64,000 bases of DNA from a bacterium (GCA_016700035.1 CP064998.1:662699-726698), one strand, 5' to 3'; shown: positions 1-9,890, counted from the stretch's first letter. Numbers and translations are program-made. Notes: a model not told the origin generated them from the letters alone.

Positions 1-108
1 CTTAAAATGTTGTCATAAATTGACAAATTTATAAAATCTTAGCATAATATGCTTAATATGTCCATAAGCAATATAGTTATGGGTACTCAGTTACTAATAG
101 ATTAGGCT

Positions 109-534
109 CTACAAATCCATATCTAGGTCATCAAGCCCTTCACGAGCTTTCTTTTTAATGGCCTCAACATCGTCATCAGCAGGCTCGTTTTCAGTAGCTT
201 CTTCACTAATTGATTCTGGTGCGCCAGAAGACTCCTCACTCGCCATAGAATCACCATTATATGCCACTCCTCGTTCCCGCTCCGAGCCTTCTGGATCAAC
301 AATTTTTAGGTTATAACGCGCCTCATCTTTGGCCCCCAAAACCCGCAAAAGAGTGCGAATTGCCTTAGCCGTACCTCCAGCCTTACCAATAATTTTACCC
401 ATATCTTCTGGGTTTACCGAAAGCGTTAGAAGCACACCACGATCATCAATAGTGCGCTCAAGATGCACATCATCTGGATGATCGACAATATTTTTTACTA
501 CGTATTCAATAAAATCTTTATCATGTTCAGCCAT
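109..534 (-). CDS. KH-domain RNA-binding protein (UPF0109/YlqC-like) with acidic C-terminal tail
   Basis: GKIIGKAGGTAKAIR KH motif in the translation; adjacent to rpsP as in the conserved rpsP-KH cluster. Confidence 0.75.
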   Translation of the reverse strand: MAEHDKDFIEYVVKNIVDHPDDVHLERTIDDRGVLLTLSVNPEDMGKIIGKAGGTAKAIRTLLRVLGAKDEARYNLKIVDPEGSERERGVAYNGDSMASEESSGAPESISEEATENEPADDDVEAIKKKAREGLDDLDMDL

Positions 535-654
535 ATCTGCTCCTCACCGCGGGGTATTATTGTTTCCGCTTAAGTTGTATTGTACGAGAAAGTTACTCAT
601 AAAACAAAAATCTCCACATATTTAGTGGAGATTGTGGCAATTACAAGAATTAAA

Positions 655-1086
655 TTAGGACTTAGTGTCTTCTTGAGTAGCCTCCTCGGCAGCATCGGCA
701 GCAGCTTCTTGAGCAGGAGTGTCATTCTGTACCTCCGCTGGAGCATCAACCACAGCCTCAGCCGCAACCTCTGCAGTCGGCTCAGTCTCTTCCTGAACTT
801 CTGGCTCTTTTTTGGGAGCTCGCTGTTTTTTGGCTACTTTAGCCCATTTTGGTAGCTCCATACCCTCGCGGACCATCAGTCGCAATACTGTATTTGATGG
901 CTGAGCACCCTGCCCCACTCGTGTTTCAATGCGCTCCTTATTTAGTACAAGCTCCTTAGTATGTGGATTATAATGGCCCAAAACCTCAACAAACTTACCA
1001 GTTGCAGCGCGACTTTTTTCAGCGGCAACCACTCGATATGATGCAGATTTTTTGCGACCCGTACGAGCCAAACGAATTACTAACAT
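655..1086 (-). CDS. rpsP: 30S ribosomal protein S16 with acidic, low-complexity C-terminal extension
   Basis: N-terminus MLVIRLARTGRKKSASYRVV... is the canonical S16 signature. Confidence 0.9.
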   Translation of the reverse strand: MLVIRLARTGRKKSASYRVVAAEKSRAATGKFVEVLGHYNPHTKELVLNKERIETRVGQGAQPSNTVLRLMVREGMELPKWAKVAKKQRAPKKEPEVQEETEPTAEVAAEAVVDAPAEVQNDTPAQEAAADAAEEATQEDTKS

Positions 1087-1204
1087 ACTTTCCTTACTTA
1101 TTTACCAACATTAAAGTTTTTGGCCGTAGCCAACCACCTACTTTTTACTTTGGTAGGCACGAATGAACCCCATTTTACCGACATTCTTCCAGATTGTCAA
1201 CAGA

Positions 1205-3655
1205 TTAACCCACTGCCTCGGCTTCAGCTAGCTCTACCGCCAAAACCGTAGAAGCAGTGCGCGGACTAGCCGTCACACCAAACAGCTTATCAGACTGCAC
1301 CATAGTTTCATGATTGTGTGTGATGACAAGTATTTGCGATTTTTTAGCCAACTGCTTTAGGGTCTGGCAAAAAAGCTGGGCATTTCGATCATCTAGTGCC
1401 GCATCAACCTCATCCAATACAATGAACGGACTAGGATTAACTGACAAAATTGCTGATAATAGCGCAATTGCTGAGAGAGCTTTTTCTCCACCCGAAAGTG
1501 CCGAGAGGGTAGCTACACGCTTACCGGGTGGCTGAACAGTAATTTCAATGCCATAATCATCATCTAGTTGCAGTAGCGTTAATTCTGCAGTTCCACCAGA
1601 AAATAGTTGTGCAAAATGCTTCGCAAACGATCGATTAATCCGAGCAAAATTCTTCGCAAAAGTCGACTGAATACGGCGTGTTAATTCATCTAAAACTTTC
1701 TCCAAATCTGTAATTGCTCGCTCAATATCTTGAGCCTGATCTTCGAGATAGGCTATTCGTTCCTGAAGCTGGCCATGCGCCACAACCACCGCCTCGTCTA
1801 TTTCGCCAATTAAAGTGAGCTCTGCCTCCAGACGCGTAATAGTATCTCGATTTACTTGCCTGCCAATAGTCTTAACTCGATCACCTATCTCTACTCTCCA
1901 AGTCTTGGCTTGTTGCAATAATTGCTTGAGCTCTTGCTTAAGATCCTCGCACCGGGCATCTATTCGGGATCGGTCTTCTTGCTTCATTTTACCTTGCTGA
2001 ACTACTTCTTCTAGCTGATGGGCTATCTCAACTTGCGCCTGAATAGTATCCTGACGTGATAACTTAGCCAATTTACCACGTAACTTTTCTTGCTCAACTT
2101 CATATCGATCACGCTCTGCGCATAACTTTGTAAGCTTTTCTTCCTGGACTTTAATGCGCTGTAGCAATTCTTCCTCCAATTTACTTGGTAACTCCAGCCG
2201 ACTAGACTCCAACTCTTTTTCAATGGCATGAATATCTAATTCTAACGACCGAATTCGAATTATAATCGTAGTCTGCTTTTCAACAACCTCTTCCTTTTTG
2301 GCCATCTCTCGGGCAGCCTGCTGTTGCAATTTTGCAATTTTATCGGGCGCATCAGCTAGATCTGAATCATGCGCCAATTTAACAGTGCGAATTAGTTTAT
2401 GCAATAGGATTCGTAGCTGACTACTTGATATAGCTTTATCCTCGGTTAGTTGTCGCGCGATCAACCGAGCCAAACCTAGAGCCTGCCCAATGTAGGCAGC
2501 ACGTTGATTATTGCGCAAAGCTTGGCGTAATTTTGCTAATTGCTTGGTTAAATCACGAATTTTATTATCAAATTGTGCAATTTTTTCAGTCAGTACATCC
2601 GATTTCTGAGTTTGGTCTTGTAAATCTTTTTGTAAAGCCTTTAGATTAGACTGTAATTTAGTCTTATTTTTAACCTGCTGGGACTGTGAGTTTTTACTAT
2701 TTAATTCTGCTTTTTTAAGCTCCAGCTCAACTTGAATCTGAGTAATCTGACCACTCAGCTGACTGCGCTTACTATCTAGATCAGCTAAGGCCTGGATTAA
2801 GTCGGTCTGATTCTGAGCACTCTGCTGACTATTATCGGCGAGTTTTTGAGCTTGAGCTCGTAAACCTTTCTCTGCCAAATCAAGTTTTACAATCTCTTTT
2901 TCCAGCTCAGACTTATCCTTATTCAGTTGTTTTTGCACATCTTCAACTCGCATTATCTCTTGTTGTAAAAAATACTGTTGAGCAAGCTTTAGCCCACTGG
3001 CAACTTCCCTACGACGACCAAGTCGATCTACATCTTGGCTAACCCTATCTCGTTCAGGCACTAACTCCAGTGCTTCATTGCGCAATTTCTGGGCTTGCTC
3101 CTGAGCCTGCCTTAATCGCACCAGCACGTCGGTCCGCTCCAGCTCAAAACCACGGATTCCGCTAGCTTCTTCGAACAATAGTTTTCGTTCAGCTGGACTA
3201 GCAATAATCAAATTATCCACCATACCCTGGCCAATCACTGTGTAGCTCGATGTGCCAAAGCCAGCTTGAGCCAAAATTTTTGCCAGATCTCGAGCCAGGC
3301 ATTTACGACCATTTAAGCGATACTCACTCTCGCCAGAACGATACAACTTACGCGAGATTTTAAGCTCTTCATAATCCAGCCCTTCATCCACCCGACCAGA
3401 TAACACTAAGCTGACCTCTGCCAACGAAACTTTGGCGCGGCCTTTTTCAGTGCCAGAAAAAATTAAATCTTCTGTCTTTGTAGTACGCAAGCTTCGCCCT
3501 GCCCGCTCGCCAAGCACCCAGCGAATGGCTTCGGCAATATTACTTTTGCCGGAACCATTGGGCCCCACAATTGCTGAAATACCCGGCTCCAAATCGAGCT
3601 TTACTCGATTACCAAACGATTTAAAGCCAGCAATCTCCAAACGCCTCAGATACAC
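1205..3655 (-). CDS. smc: chromosome segregation protein SMC (short, 816 aa)
   Basis: N-terminal Walker A GPNGSGKSN; long coiled coil; C-terminal LSGGEKALSAIALL signature plus FIVLDEVDAALD Walker B. Confidence 0.85.
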   Translation of the reverse strand: MYLRRLEIAGFKSFGNRVKLDLEPGISAIVGPNGSGKSNIAEAIRWVLGERAGRSLRTTKTEDLIFSGTEKGRAKVSLAEVSLVLSGRVDEGLDYEELKISRKLYRSGESEYRLNGRKCLARDLAKILAQAGFGTSSYTVIGQGMVDNLIIASPAERKLLFEEASGIRGFELERTDVLVRLRQAQEQAQKLRNEALELVPERDRVSQDVDRLGRRREVASGLKLAQQYFLQQEIMRVEDVQKQLNKDKSELEKEIVKLDLAEKGLRAQAQKLADNSQQSAQNQTDLIQALADLDSKRSQLSGQITQIQVELELKKAELNSKNSQSQQVKNKTKLQSNLKALQKDLQDQTQKSDVLTEKIAQFDNKIRDLTKQLAKLRQALRNNQRAAYIGQALGLARLIARQLTEDKAISSSQLRILLHKLIRTVKLAHDSDLADAPDKIAKLQQQAAREMAKKEEVVEKQTTIIIRIRSLELDIHAIEKELESSRLELPSKLEEELLQRIKVQEEKLTKLCAERDRYEVEQEKLRGKLAKLSRQDTIQAQVEIAHQLEEVVQQGKMKQEDRSRIDARCEDLKQELKQLLQQAKTWRVEIGDRVKTIGRQVNRDTITRLEAELTLIGEIDEAVVVAHGQLQERIAYLEDQAQDIERAITDLEKVLDELTRRIQSTFAKNFARINRSFAKHFAQLFSGGTAELTLLQLDDDYGIEITVQPPGKRVATLSALSGGEKALSAIALLSAILSVNPSPFIVLDEVDAALDDRNAQLFCQTLKQLAKKSQILVITHNHETMVQSDKLFGVTASPRTASTVLAVELAEAEAVG

Positions 3656-3753
3656 AAAATCACCCTCATCATCTACTCCTATTGTACTTGGATAGTTACT
3701 CTGGAGCTAGCAAAACTAGCCACTCAGCATAAGACTTTTGCTATACTAAGAGA

Positions 3754-5019
3754 ATGGACAGAGAAGATCCCACCCAACACGGCGATGAAGCCTCAACTCA
3801 GCAGTCAGCCCAAGTAGCCGATGCATTACGAGCCATCCGCTCGACCGCGGAAGAGGCTCCCACAACAGAGACTGATGAGACGACTAAACCCACTCAAACA
3901 GCATGGAGTCAATCACCTTGGGGTTTTCTTGGCGAGCCAACATCTGACACTCAACCAACAAGTAGTCTACCAGAAGTCCCCGCTCCAACTCCTGGTACAT
4001 CAAATGAGAAACTATCAGAGGCCGAGCGGGAAAAGCTAGAAAAAGAAGCGCGTATGCAGGCCTATGTAGAACATAAGGAGGCAATTACTACTTCTGGCTT
4101 GCAGGTCAGACTCGATACTCAAGCAATTGCCAGGCTAGTCGATACAGTTCCAGTCGAAGAAATGGTTGAGCAAAGTTACTTACGTAAAGATGAAGTCGAG
4201 GATCTCATTGCAGATCGGCGGGCAGACATTAGTCGCACTATTGAAGCTATCGCCAGGCTTCCAGAAATACTGGAGTTTAAACCAGGCATAACACTAATTG
4301 TCGGTGAAAATGGACTAGGTAAATCCACCTTAGCTAAATCCCTACGCTATGCCGCCCTCACTCATGATCGAGCTATGCAAGATGGTGATTCGATTGCAGA
4401 AGCTAGAAATTGGGTACTTAGCCCCCGTGCCCATGGTGACGCTCAATTTGAACTCAATGACTCTGGGTTGGCACCTGAAATTTCTGAGTATATCCACGTA
4501 GACTATTATGGCCACATGCCCTATATCACCCCTCACTATTACGATGCTGCCGAAATTATTGGCCGACAAAAGACCCTTAACCGTGAAGCTGGACGCACAG
4601 ATTACCGTTACGATGAACATGGACAAAGTATGCAGTATGCCGGAACGCATAGCCGTACCGGCAGATCCCACCGCCAAACAGTTGACGATCAGCTATTTGG
4701 ATACTTAAAGAGTGAAAAAGAAAGTGAAATTAAAAGAAAAAGTTATCGTTCTGCACGAGAAGATGGCAAGAAGTATCCTACAGATCTTGATACCACAGGC
4801 CCCCAAGTATATTTTATTGATGAACCTGAAACTGGCATGAGCCCCAGACGCCACAAGCAACTAGCTAATGAGATACTAGACGTCACGCACGAGGGCGCAA
4901 CCATCATACTTCCCACAAACTCCACTGTGCTATACGACTCCGACTTACCACGCATTGATTTAGAACATCCAGAGCGAGGTATTTTTCGACCAAGTGAATA
5001 TCCAGAAGATCTAAATTAG
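3754..5019 (+). CDS. P-loop ATPase of ABC/SMC-like fold with about 170-aa disordered acidic/Thr/Pro-rich N-terminus; function unknown
   Basis: Walker A LIVGENGLGKSTL and D-loop-like YFIDEPETGMSP followed by His; no LSGGQ signature seen; divergent from smc with about 100-bp spacer. Confidence 0.5.
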   Translation: MDREDPTQHGDEASTQQSAQVADALRAIRSTAEEAPTTETDETTKPTQTAWSQSPWGFLGEPTSDTQPTSSLPEVPAPTPGTSNEKLSEAEREKLEKEARMQAYVEHKEAITTSGLQVRLDTQAIARLVDTVPVEEMVEQSYLRKDEVEDLIADRRADISRTIEAIARLPEILEFKPGITLIVGENGLGKSTLAKSLRYAALTHDRAMQDGDSIAEARNWVLSPRAHGDAQFELNDSGLAPEISEYIHVDYYGHMPYITPHYYDAAEIIGRQKTLNREAGRTDYRYDEHGQSMQYAGTHSRTGRSHRQTVDDQLFGYLKSEKESEIKRKSYRSAREDGKKYPTDLDTTGPQVYFIDEPETGMSPRRHKQLANEILDVTHEGATIILPTNSTVLYDSDLPRIDLEHPERGIFRPSEYPEDLN

Positions 5020-5026
5020 CTAGCAA

Positions 5027-5578
5027 TTATAATGTGCTGACTTCTGGCATTAACTCATCTACTCTAGCAATTCTCTCGGTTGGCAATCCGCGTGGAGCTT
5101 GCTCTACAACCGTAGCATTCTTAAGTAACCCCAAAATAGTATCCATGTATTCTTTTGTGGCGTCGTAGCGTGCAGAATGACCCATTGGCCGATAATCGTA
5201 CACATACGAGTAATCGGCTTCTTGCACCGGCACAGTATCAGCCCCAGAAGAATACAAAAAATCCTGGAATCGTCGACATACTGGCATTACACCAGCTCCA
5301 GCAGCCTCCATAAACTGATACGGATTAGTTGGAGTTACTGGAGACTCTAGAGAGAGCATTAGCATATCGCCAGGATTTGCCTCATCATAACTCAGAGTTA
5401 AATGAAAAGCCTCGTCTGAATCGGGTCCTGTGTAAGTACGCAAATCAATTGATCGCAGGCCAGCCTGTGGGCTTTCAACTGGATGCCAATATCCGTCACC
5501 AACTGGCCGTACAATATTGCGTCGAAATGGATGTGAATGATCTTTCGCTTTTTCCACTAAGCCAGTTAGCACCGCCAT
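5027..5578 (-). CDS. hypothetical protein
   Basis: 183-aa ORF convergent with the ATPase gene; no recognisable motif. Confidence 0.4.
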   Translation of the reverse strand: MAVLTGLVEKAKDHSHPFRRNIVRPVGDGYWHPVESPQAGLRSIDLRTYTGPDSDEAFHLTLSYDEANPGDMLMLSLESPVTPTNPYQFMEAAGAGVMPVCRRFQDFLYSSGADTVPVQEADYSYVYDYRPMGHSARYDATKEYMDTILGLLKNATVVEQAPRGLPTERIARVDELMPEVSTL

Positions 5579-5593
5579 AGTCTGCGCAATTCG

Positions 5594-5788
5594 CTATGCC
5601 GATTCAGGCGATGCTTCTTGCTCAACACCAGACTCCCGACCACTCTCAACACCATCTGTTGACTGTTCAGCATCGCTCACTTCTGAGGCAGTAGCCTTAA
5701 GCTCATCGACCAAACTACTACTCTCTTTATCTCTGCTTGCATTTATAACATCCGACTTATCTTGCTGGGGTTCTGAACTATCTACCAT
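5594..5788 (-). CDS. small acidic hypothetical protein
   Basis: 64-aa Ser/Glu/Asp-rich ORF between rnc and the previous gene on the same strand; could be spurious. Confidence 0.25.
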   Translation of the reverse strand: MVDSSEPQQDKSDVINASRDKESSSLVDELKATASEVSDAEQSTDGVESGRESGVEQEASPESA

Positions 5789-5849
5789 ATATTCTCCTTT
5801 AGGGAAATTATACCGCCTATGCTAAAAAGAAGCTACCAACCTACCGTCG

Positions 5850-6545
5850 CTACCTATACCCCGTTAACGCCTCGGTGGCAGCGGCCTGCTGAGCATTCTG
5901 TTTGGAGTTCCCCTGCCCCTTACCGCACAAGCGCGAACCAACATACACGCCAATCGTAAAAATCTTCTCATGATCTGGACCTTCTTCAGCCAGCAGTTGA
6001 TAATGTGGCGTAACGCCTTCTTTCTCTTGTGCCAACTCCTGGAACCGACTCTTAGCATCAATATAAGTGCCTTCTTTCAGGATTGTGTCAAGCTGAGAAA
6101 TAATATGCTTGGCAATAAACTCACCAGCCACATCGTAACCATGATCCAAATACAGCGCACCAATAATCGCCTCCATCATATTCGCTAGAAGTGCCTGGCG
6201 CGTCCGACCACCACTCTTAGCCTCACCACGACTCATCATCAAATACTGACCCAGTTCCAGACGTTCAGCCACTTCTGCAAGACTCTCAGTTTTAACTAAA
6301 GCACTGCGCCAAGCCGTCATCTCGCCTTCGGGGTTATCAAAATTACGGAACAAATAGTCGGTCACCACCAGCTCTAAAACAGCATCACCCAAAAATTCCA
6401 TACGTTCGTTATGATTTATCTGATGCTTCTTATGCTCATTTAAATAACTACGATGAGTAAAGGCCTCTCGGTACAACTCATCATTAACAAAGTTAATTTC
6501 CAGAATTTTTTCAATCGCTTCTTTGTCGCGTAAAACAATACTCAT
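5850..6545 (-). CDS. rnc: ribonuclease III
   Basis: ERMEFLGDAVLELVVTDYLF RNase III signature and C-terminal dsRBD-like region. Confidence 0.9.
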   Translation of the reverse strand: MSIVLRDKEAIEKILEINFVNDELYREAFTHRSYLNEHKKHQINHNERMEFLGDAVLELVVTDYLFRNFDNPEGEMTAWRSALVKTESLAEVAERLELGQYLMMSRGEAKSGGRTRQALLANMMEAIIGALYLDHGYDVAGEFIAKHIISQLDTILKEGTYIDAKSRFQELAQEKEGVTPHYQLLAEEGPDHEKIFTIGVYVGSRLCGKGQGNSKQNAQQAAATEALTGYR

Positions 6546-7219
6546 ACTAGTTCTCGTTCTTTTATTATATCAACCGAACGGGCCATTAAGGTTTTTAGAT
6601 CTTTATATTCTAGAATTTGCTGGGCTTTCGTAGCTGGGAACCAACGGGCGCCAACAATTCCTTCACTTTCTTCAACCACAATCGGCTCGTCGGGATCCAA
6701 AGCTTCAATAAGATAAATAAAGGTTGTCATAAAAATTAGCCGCCCCTCAAAACGATAGAAGAAATGGACCTTATCAAGCTTTTCAACAATTTGGGTATTC
6801 TTCAGGCCGGTCTCTTCGCCAATCTCACGCAGGGCAGTTTGTTCTAGTGTTTCACCAGCTTCAACATGACCTTTTGGCACACTCCAGCGCCCCTTTAAGT
6901 CTTCAATCAGCAAAAATTCTACACCTTCTGCGGTAGCTCGAAACACCACACCGCCAGCCGAATATTCCCGAACGGCCCGAGCTGGTTTACGAGTATTTTT
7001 TTGATTACGACTAAAACTACCATGCGAATACGGCTTTTTAGCGCGTGTCTTTTGCGTAGTTGATTTATTCGTTATCGCCGTCGGTTGGTTCGGAGCCGTC
7101 TGGCTTATCGGGTGTTGAGCGTTCTGTTTTTTTGCTCGACGACGACCGTTGTGCAGACGTTTCTTTGCCTTCGCGGGCTTCGCGTTCTCGTTGGATTTTG
7201 TGATCTTCGGTTGGGTCAT
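6542..7219 (-). CDS. NUDIX hydrolase with basic N-terminal tail; start uncertain
   Basis: Nudix box GHVEAGETLEQTALREIGEETGL. No in-frame start exists downstream of the nusB stop, so it must overlap nusB by 155 nt or more. Confidence 0.65.
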   Translation of the reverse strand: MTQPKITKSNENAKPAKAKKRLHNGRRRAKKQNAQHPISQTAPNQPTAITNKSTTQKTRAKKPYSHGSFSRNQKNTRKPARAVREYSAGGVVFRATAEGVEFLLIEDLKGRWSVPKGHVEAGETLEQTALREIGEETGLKNTQIVEKLDKVHFFYRFEGRLIFMTTFIYLIEALDPDEPIVVEESEGIVGARWFPATKAQQILEYKDLKTLMARSVDIIKERELV

Positions 7220-7652
7220 AAAATTCACTCTGTCGATAAATAGTACCAAGCACGCCATTGATGAATCGGCTGGAGTTTTCTCCGCCGAAACTCTTGGCCA
7301 GCTCCACCGCCTCATTAATTACAACTTTTGGTGGAACTTCGCGCTTAATCATCAGCTCGTAAATTGCCAGGCGCAGAATGGTCAGGTCCATTTTTGCAAT
7401 CTGGTCGATTGGCCATTCTGGGGCGGCTGGTGCAATCATTGCATCCGTATCATCACGGTGCTTCATTGCACCCAAGGTAATGTCTCGTGCAAACTCATCA
7501 TCACCTAGCGAATCTTTATACACTGCAATATTGCGGTCTAGAATAGTATTCACATCAGACGTAAGTCCCTCAATACCAGAACGCGTACGAAACTCATACT
7601 CATACAGAGTTTGGAGTGCTACAACACGGGCAAGGTGACGATTAGAAGACAT
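7065..7652 (-). CDS. nusB: transcription antitermination factor NusB with about 50-aa acidic/basic C-terminal tail
   Basis: LARVVALQTLYEYEF and INGVLGTIYR NusB motifs. Confidence 0.8.
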   Translation of the reverse strand: MSSNRHLARVVALQTLYEYEFRTRSGIEGLTSDVNTILDRNIAVYKDSLGDDEFARDITLGAMKHRDDTDAMIAPAAPEWPIDQIAKMDLTILRLAIYELMIKREVPPKVVINEAVELAKSFGGENSSRFINGVLGTIYRQSEFYDPTEDHKIQREREAREGKETSAQRSSSSKKTERSTPDKPDGSEPTDGDNE

Positions 7653-7694
7653 GGTGCGATTAATTTACCTTATAAATAGAGCTTATGTATTAGT

Positions 7695-7865
7695 TTAGCG
7701 TCTTCCGGCCAGTCTGGCGACCCCTTTTTGGGCGGCTCGATAAAATCGGCGCGGAATTACTAGCCCACTAGTCGGCTCTGTCACTAGCTGTCCGGCTTTC
7801 AGGGCATCATGACTACGACGTTGACCTTTGGTGGCCTTAGAAGTACGCTTCTTTGGTACTGCCAT
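7695..7865 (-). CDS. rpmF: 50S ribosomal protein L32
   Basis: MAVPKKRTSKATKGQRRSH is the L32 signature. The ORF track's upstream extension is probably not translated. Confidence 0.85.
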   Translation of the reverse strand: MAVPKKRTSKATKGQRRSHDALKAGQLVTEPTSGLVIPRRFYRAAQKGVARLAGRR

Positions 7866-8080
7866 ATTTCGATCTTTCTCCTGTAATTTTAAAGATATTT
7901 TCACGCGTATGTGGCAAACGAAGACAGTGGCACATGTAGCTTTAGAATCCTATAAAGTACTAACAGTACTTCGAATGCCTTTTAACGCATGTTCGAAGGT
8001 AATTGTAACAGATTAGAGACAATTTGGCAATAAAAGCTCCAGATAAGCTCCTGCGCCTCAATAAATACCCGACAATCCTA

Positions 8081-8109
8081 TTGACAATCTAAAACCATAA
8101 CGCTAAGAT
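8081..8109 (+). promoter_or_regulatory. sigma70-type promoter TTGACA-17-TAAGAT for the secreted small protein gene
   Basis: seen directly: ttgacaatctaaaaccataacgctaagat, about 45 nt upstream of the GTG start at 8180. Confidence 0.55.
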
Positions 8110-8179
8110 TAGGCTCCCAGATAGCATCCAGGCTAACTGGGTCGCCAAAATAATGGCGAATTTACCTTGAGGGGTCAAA

Positions 8180-8503
8180 GTGAACACCAAGACAACAAGC
8201 AAGAGGCGACTCATCGTAACTCTGGCTATCCTGGCCAGCTTGCTCGGTGGATCGTTCATCTCAACTCAGACGGCTTCAGCAGGTGGCAGGCCCATCTCGC
8301 GAACCAACGGTTGGGCACCGAATTACTACGCACCTTTCGCAAATATCCACCACTGGTCGGCACCCAACACCAAGCTGTACATGCTGTGCTGGTTCGATCA
8401 CGGTGGTCGACGCTGGTTCTGGATCCAGATCTTCGACAACGGTGGCTACTACTACATGCCATCGACATACGTCAAATATCAGTCGTGGACTCCGCACTGC
8501 TAA
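8180..8503 (+). CDS. small secreted aromatic-rich protein (signal peptide, about 75-aa mature part with 2 Cys); GTG start; high GC
   Basis: N-terminal hydrophobic signal with ASA cleavage-like site; strong C/G third-position bias; own promoter and terminator. Confidence 0.5.
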   Translation: MNTKTTSKRRLIVTLAILASLLGGSFISTQTASAGGRPISRTNGWAPNYYAPFANIHHWSAPNTKLYMLCWFDHGGRRWFWIQIFDNGGYYYMPSTYVKYQSWTPHC

Positions 8504-8569
8504 TATCCTCACCCTCGGGCAACACAAGTTGTCCGAGGTATTTTTGTATATTGCCAGAATTCAATAAAA

Positions 8570-8595
8570 ACACCCCCACACACTGTGGGGGCTTG
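8570..8595. terminator. bidirectional GC-stem hairpin between convergent genes
   Basis: cccccacacactgtggggg flanked by A/T runs. Confidence 0.5.
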
Positions 8596-8613
8596 GTGTT
8601 CACCGGTCAACTA

Positions 8614-9348
8614 TTAGCTGACCAACAAACGGACTCGTGAGATAAACTCACGATGCTTCTTGACTTCCTCGAAATACGGCGAGGGAACCACAGCGCGATT
8701 GATGTCGCCAAGCATGCCGGCGATCCGCTCATCGCTAAAGTTCAGATATCGCCCGAGCTCGAGTTTGCAATCTATCCTACGGGGAAAGATGCTCTCGGGG
8801 AGGAAGCGCGTGAGGATCAGCGCTCGGACCGGAAGGAACTCCCAATCGCGCTGACTAAGCGACATCCCATCTGGCAAGAACTCCAACTCGTACGCACCCA
8901 ACTGCTCCTCAATGATATCGAGGCTCTTCTTCGCGATACCGACGATGTAGCCGATCTCCCGCCGCGACATCCAGGCCAGCTGATTTAGTGTCGTGAAGCC
9001 AAATCGACCAAGCTTAGCGTAGATTAGTCCGTTGACCGCCGACGAGAGTGGAATTGGATTGTCGTTGATGCGAGGTTTCGATGTGAAGGATTGCGCGGTA
9101 TCTACCGCCACGAAGTCCTTCTCTTGCGACATGAAGCACTCCACTTCCACGCCCGGAACCGAGCGCAAATTCTCTAGCAGAGCTTCCAAATGTGGATCGA
9201 ACTGGTGAACCAGCTCGGAACCTCGGACGTCATCGCCCGAGATACGAATACTGACGAGGAAAGGCATATGCTTCCTTAGCAAGGTTCGGGTACGAGCCTT
9301 TTGCTCATACATGGCTTTGAGATTAGCGCAACTTTGCACTTTTCCCAA
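8614..9348 (-). CDS. hypothetical protein with RpoA-CTD-like helix-hairpin-helix segment
   Basis: TTLNQLAWMSRREIGYIVGIAKKSLDIIEEQL resembles the HhH of RNA polymerase alpha C-terminal domain; moderately GC-rich. Confidence 0.4.
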   Translation of the reverse strand: MGKVQSCANLKAMYEQKARTRTLLRKHMPFLVSIRISGDDVRGSELVHQFDPHLEALLENLRSVPGVEVECFMSQEKDFVAVDTAQSFTSKPRINDNPIPLSSAVNGLIYAKLGRFGFTTLNQLAWMSRREIGYIVGIAKKSLDIIEEQLGAYELEFLPDGMSLSQRDWEFLPVRALILTRFLPESIFPRRIDCKLELGRYLNFSDERIAGMLGDINRAVVPSPYFEEVKKHREFISRVRLLVS

Positions 9349-9509
9349 TCAGAATAAATAAAATTTACTTACTTTGATTGAGATTTGTAAAGAAGTTGCC
9401 CCGTCCAAAAACCAAAGCTTTTGGACGGGAGAGGAGGACAGTGCGCCAGAGTCTTCGCAGAGATTTGCCCTACGGCGAATCTCTGCAGACCCTTTAGTGC
9501 TGTCCGACG

Positions 9510-9880
9510 TGGAGCCGGGGGGAATCGAACCCCCGTCCAGAAGGTAAATTCTTACCCTGCTACGACTATTCCCAAGATTTTGCGTGTAACGCTCACGCTT
9601 GGCTAACTGGGTTGCCAATCGGCAATACTGCCGAACTCGTCGCGTCTATTGCGTGATGTCAATCACTCTTTCGCGATCGTCAGTCGTCTGTTCCGACCGT
9701 CATTCTCCGCTTCTGTTGCCAAGCTGCGGTGAATTGGCTCCGTCCTTCTGCGCACATGGTACGAGTGACAATAATCGGGCGTGTTAGGCGGCGATTATTT
9801 TGGGTGCTCCGTTTTACGAGTCTGAGCAACTCGAGTCGCAATAGTAAGTCTTATTCCCTCTGTCGAAACCGATCGGCCCC
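9510..9880 (-). ncRNA. ssrA: tmRNA (SsrA), one-piece, about 371 nt; CCA not encoded
   Basis: Minus strand starts GGGGCCGAUCGGUUUCGACAGAGGG (tRNA-like 5' half). It ends GGACGGGGGUUCGAUUCCCCCCGGCUCCA (T-arm plus acceptor). Downstream hairpins act as terminator. Confidence 0.8.
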
Positions 9881-9890
9881 AGAAGAGTGG

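Noticed and set aside
1-108. Plus-strand promoter-like TTGACA-17-CATAAT at 24-52 at the window start
   Set aside because: No downstream plus-strand gene and the window edge truncates the context; cannot be interpreted.
1314-3695. Antisense ORFs inside smc (1314-1535, 1815-2000, 3432-3695) and similar antisense ORFs inside leuS, alaS, pcrA and pyk
   Set aside because: They are wholly contained in strongly supported genes on the opposite strand and have low-complexity translations.
8150-9510. Intact prophage or ICE integrated at tmRNA
   Set aside because: No integrase, recombinase or phage structural genes and no recognisable direct repeat of the tmRNA 3' end. Only the compositional anomaly remains.
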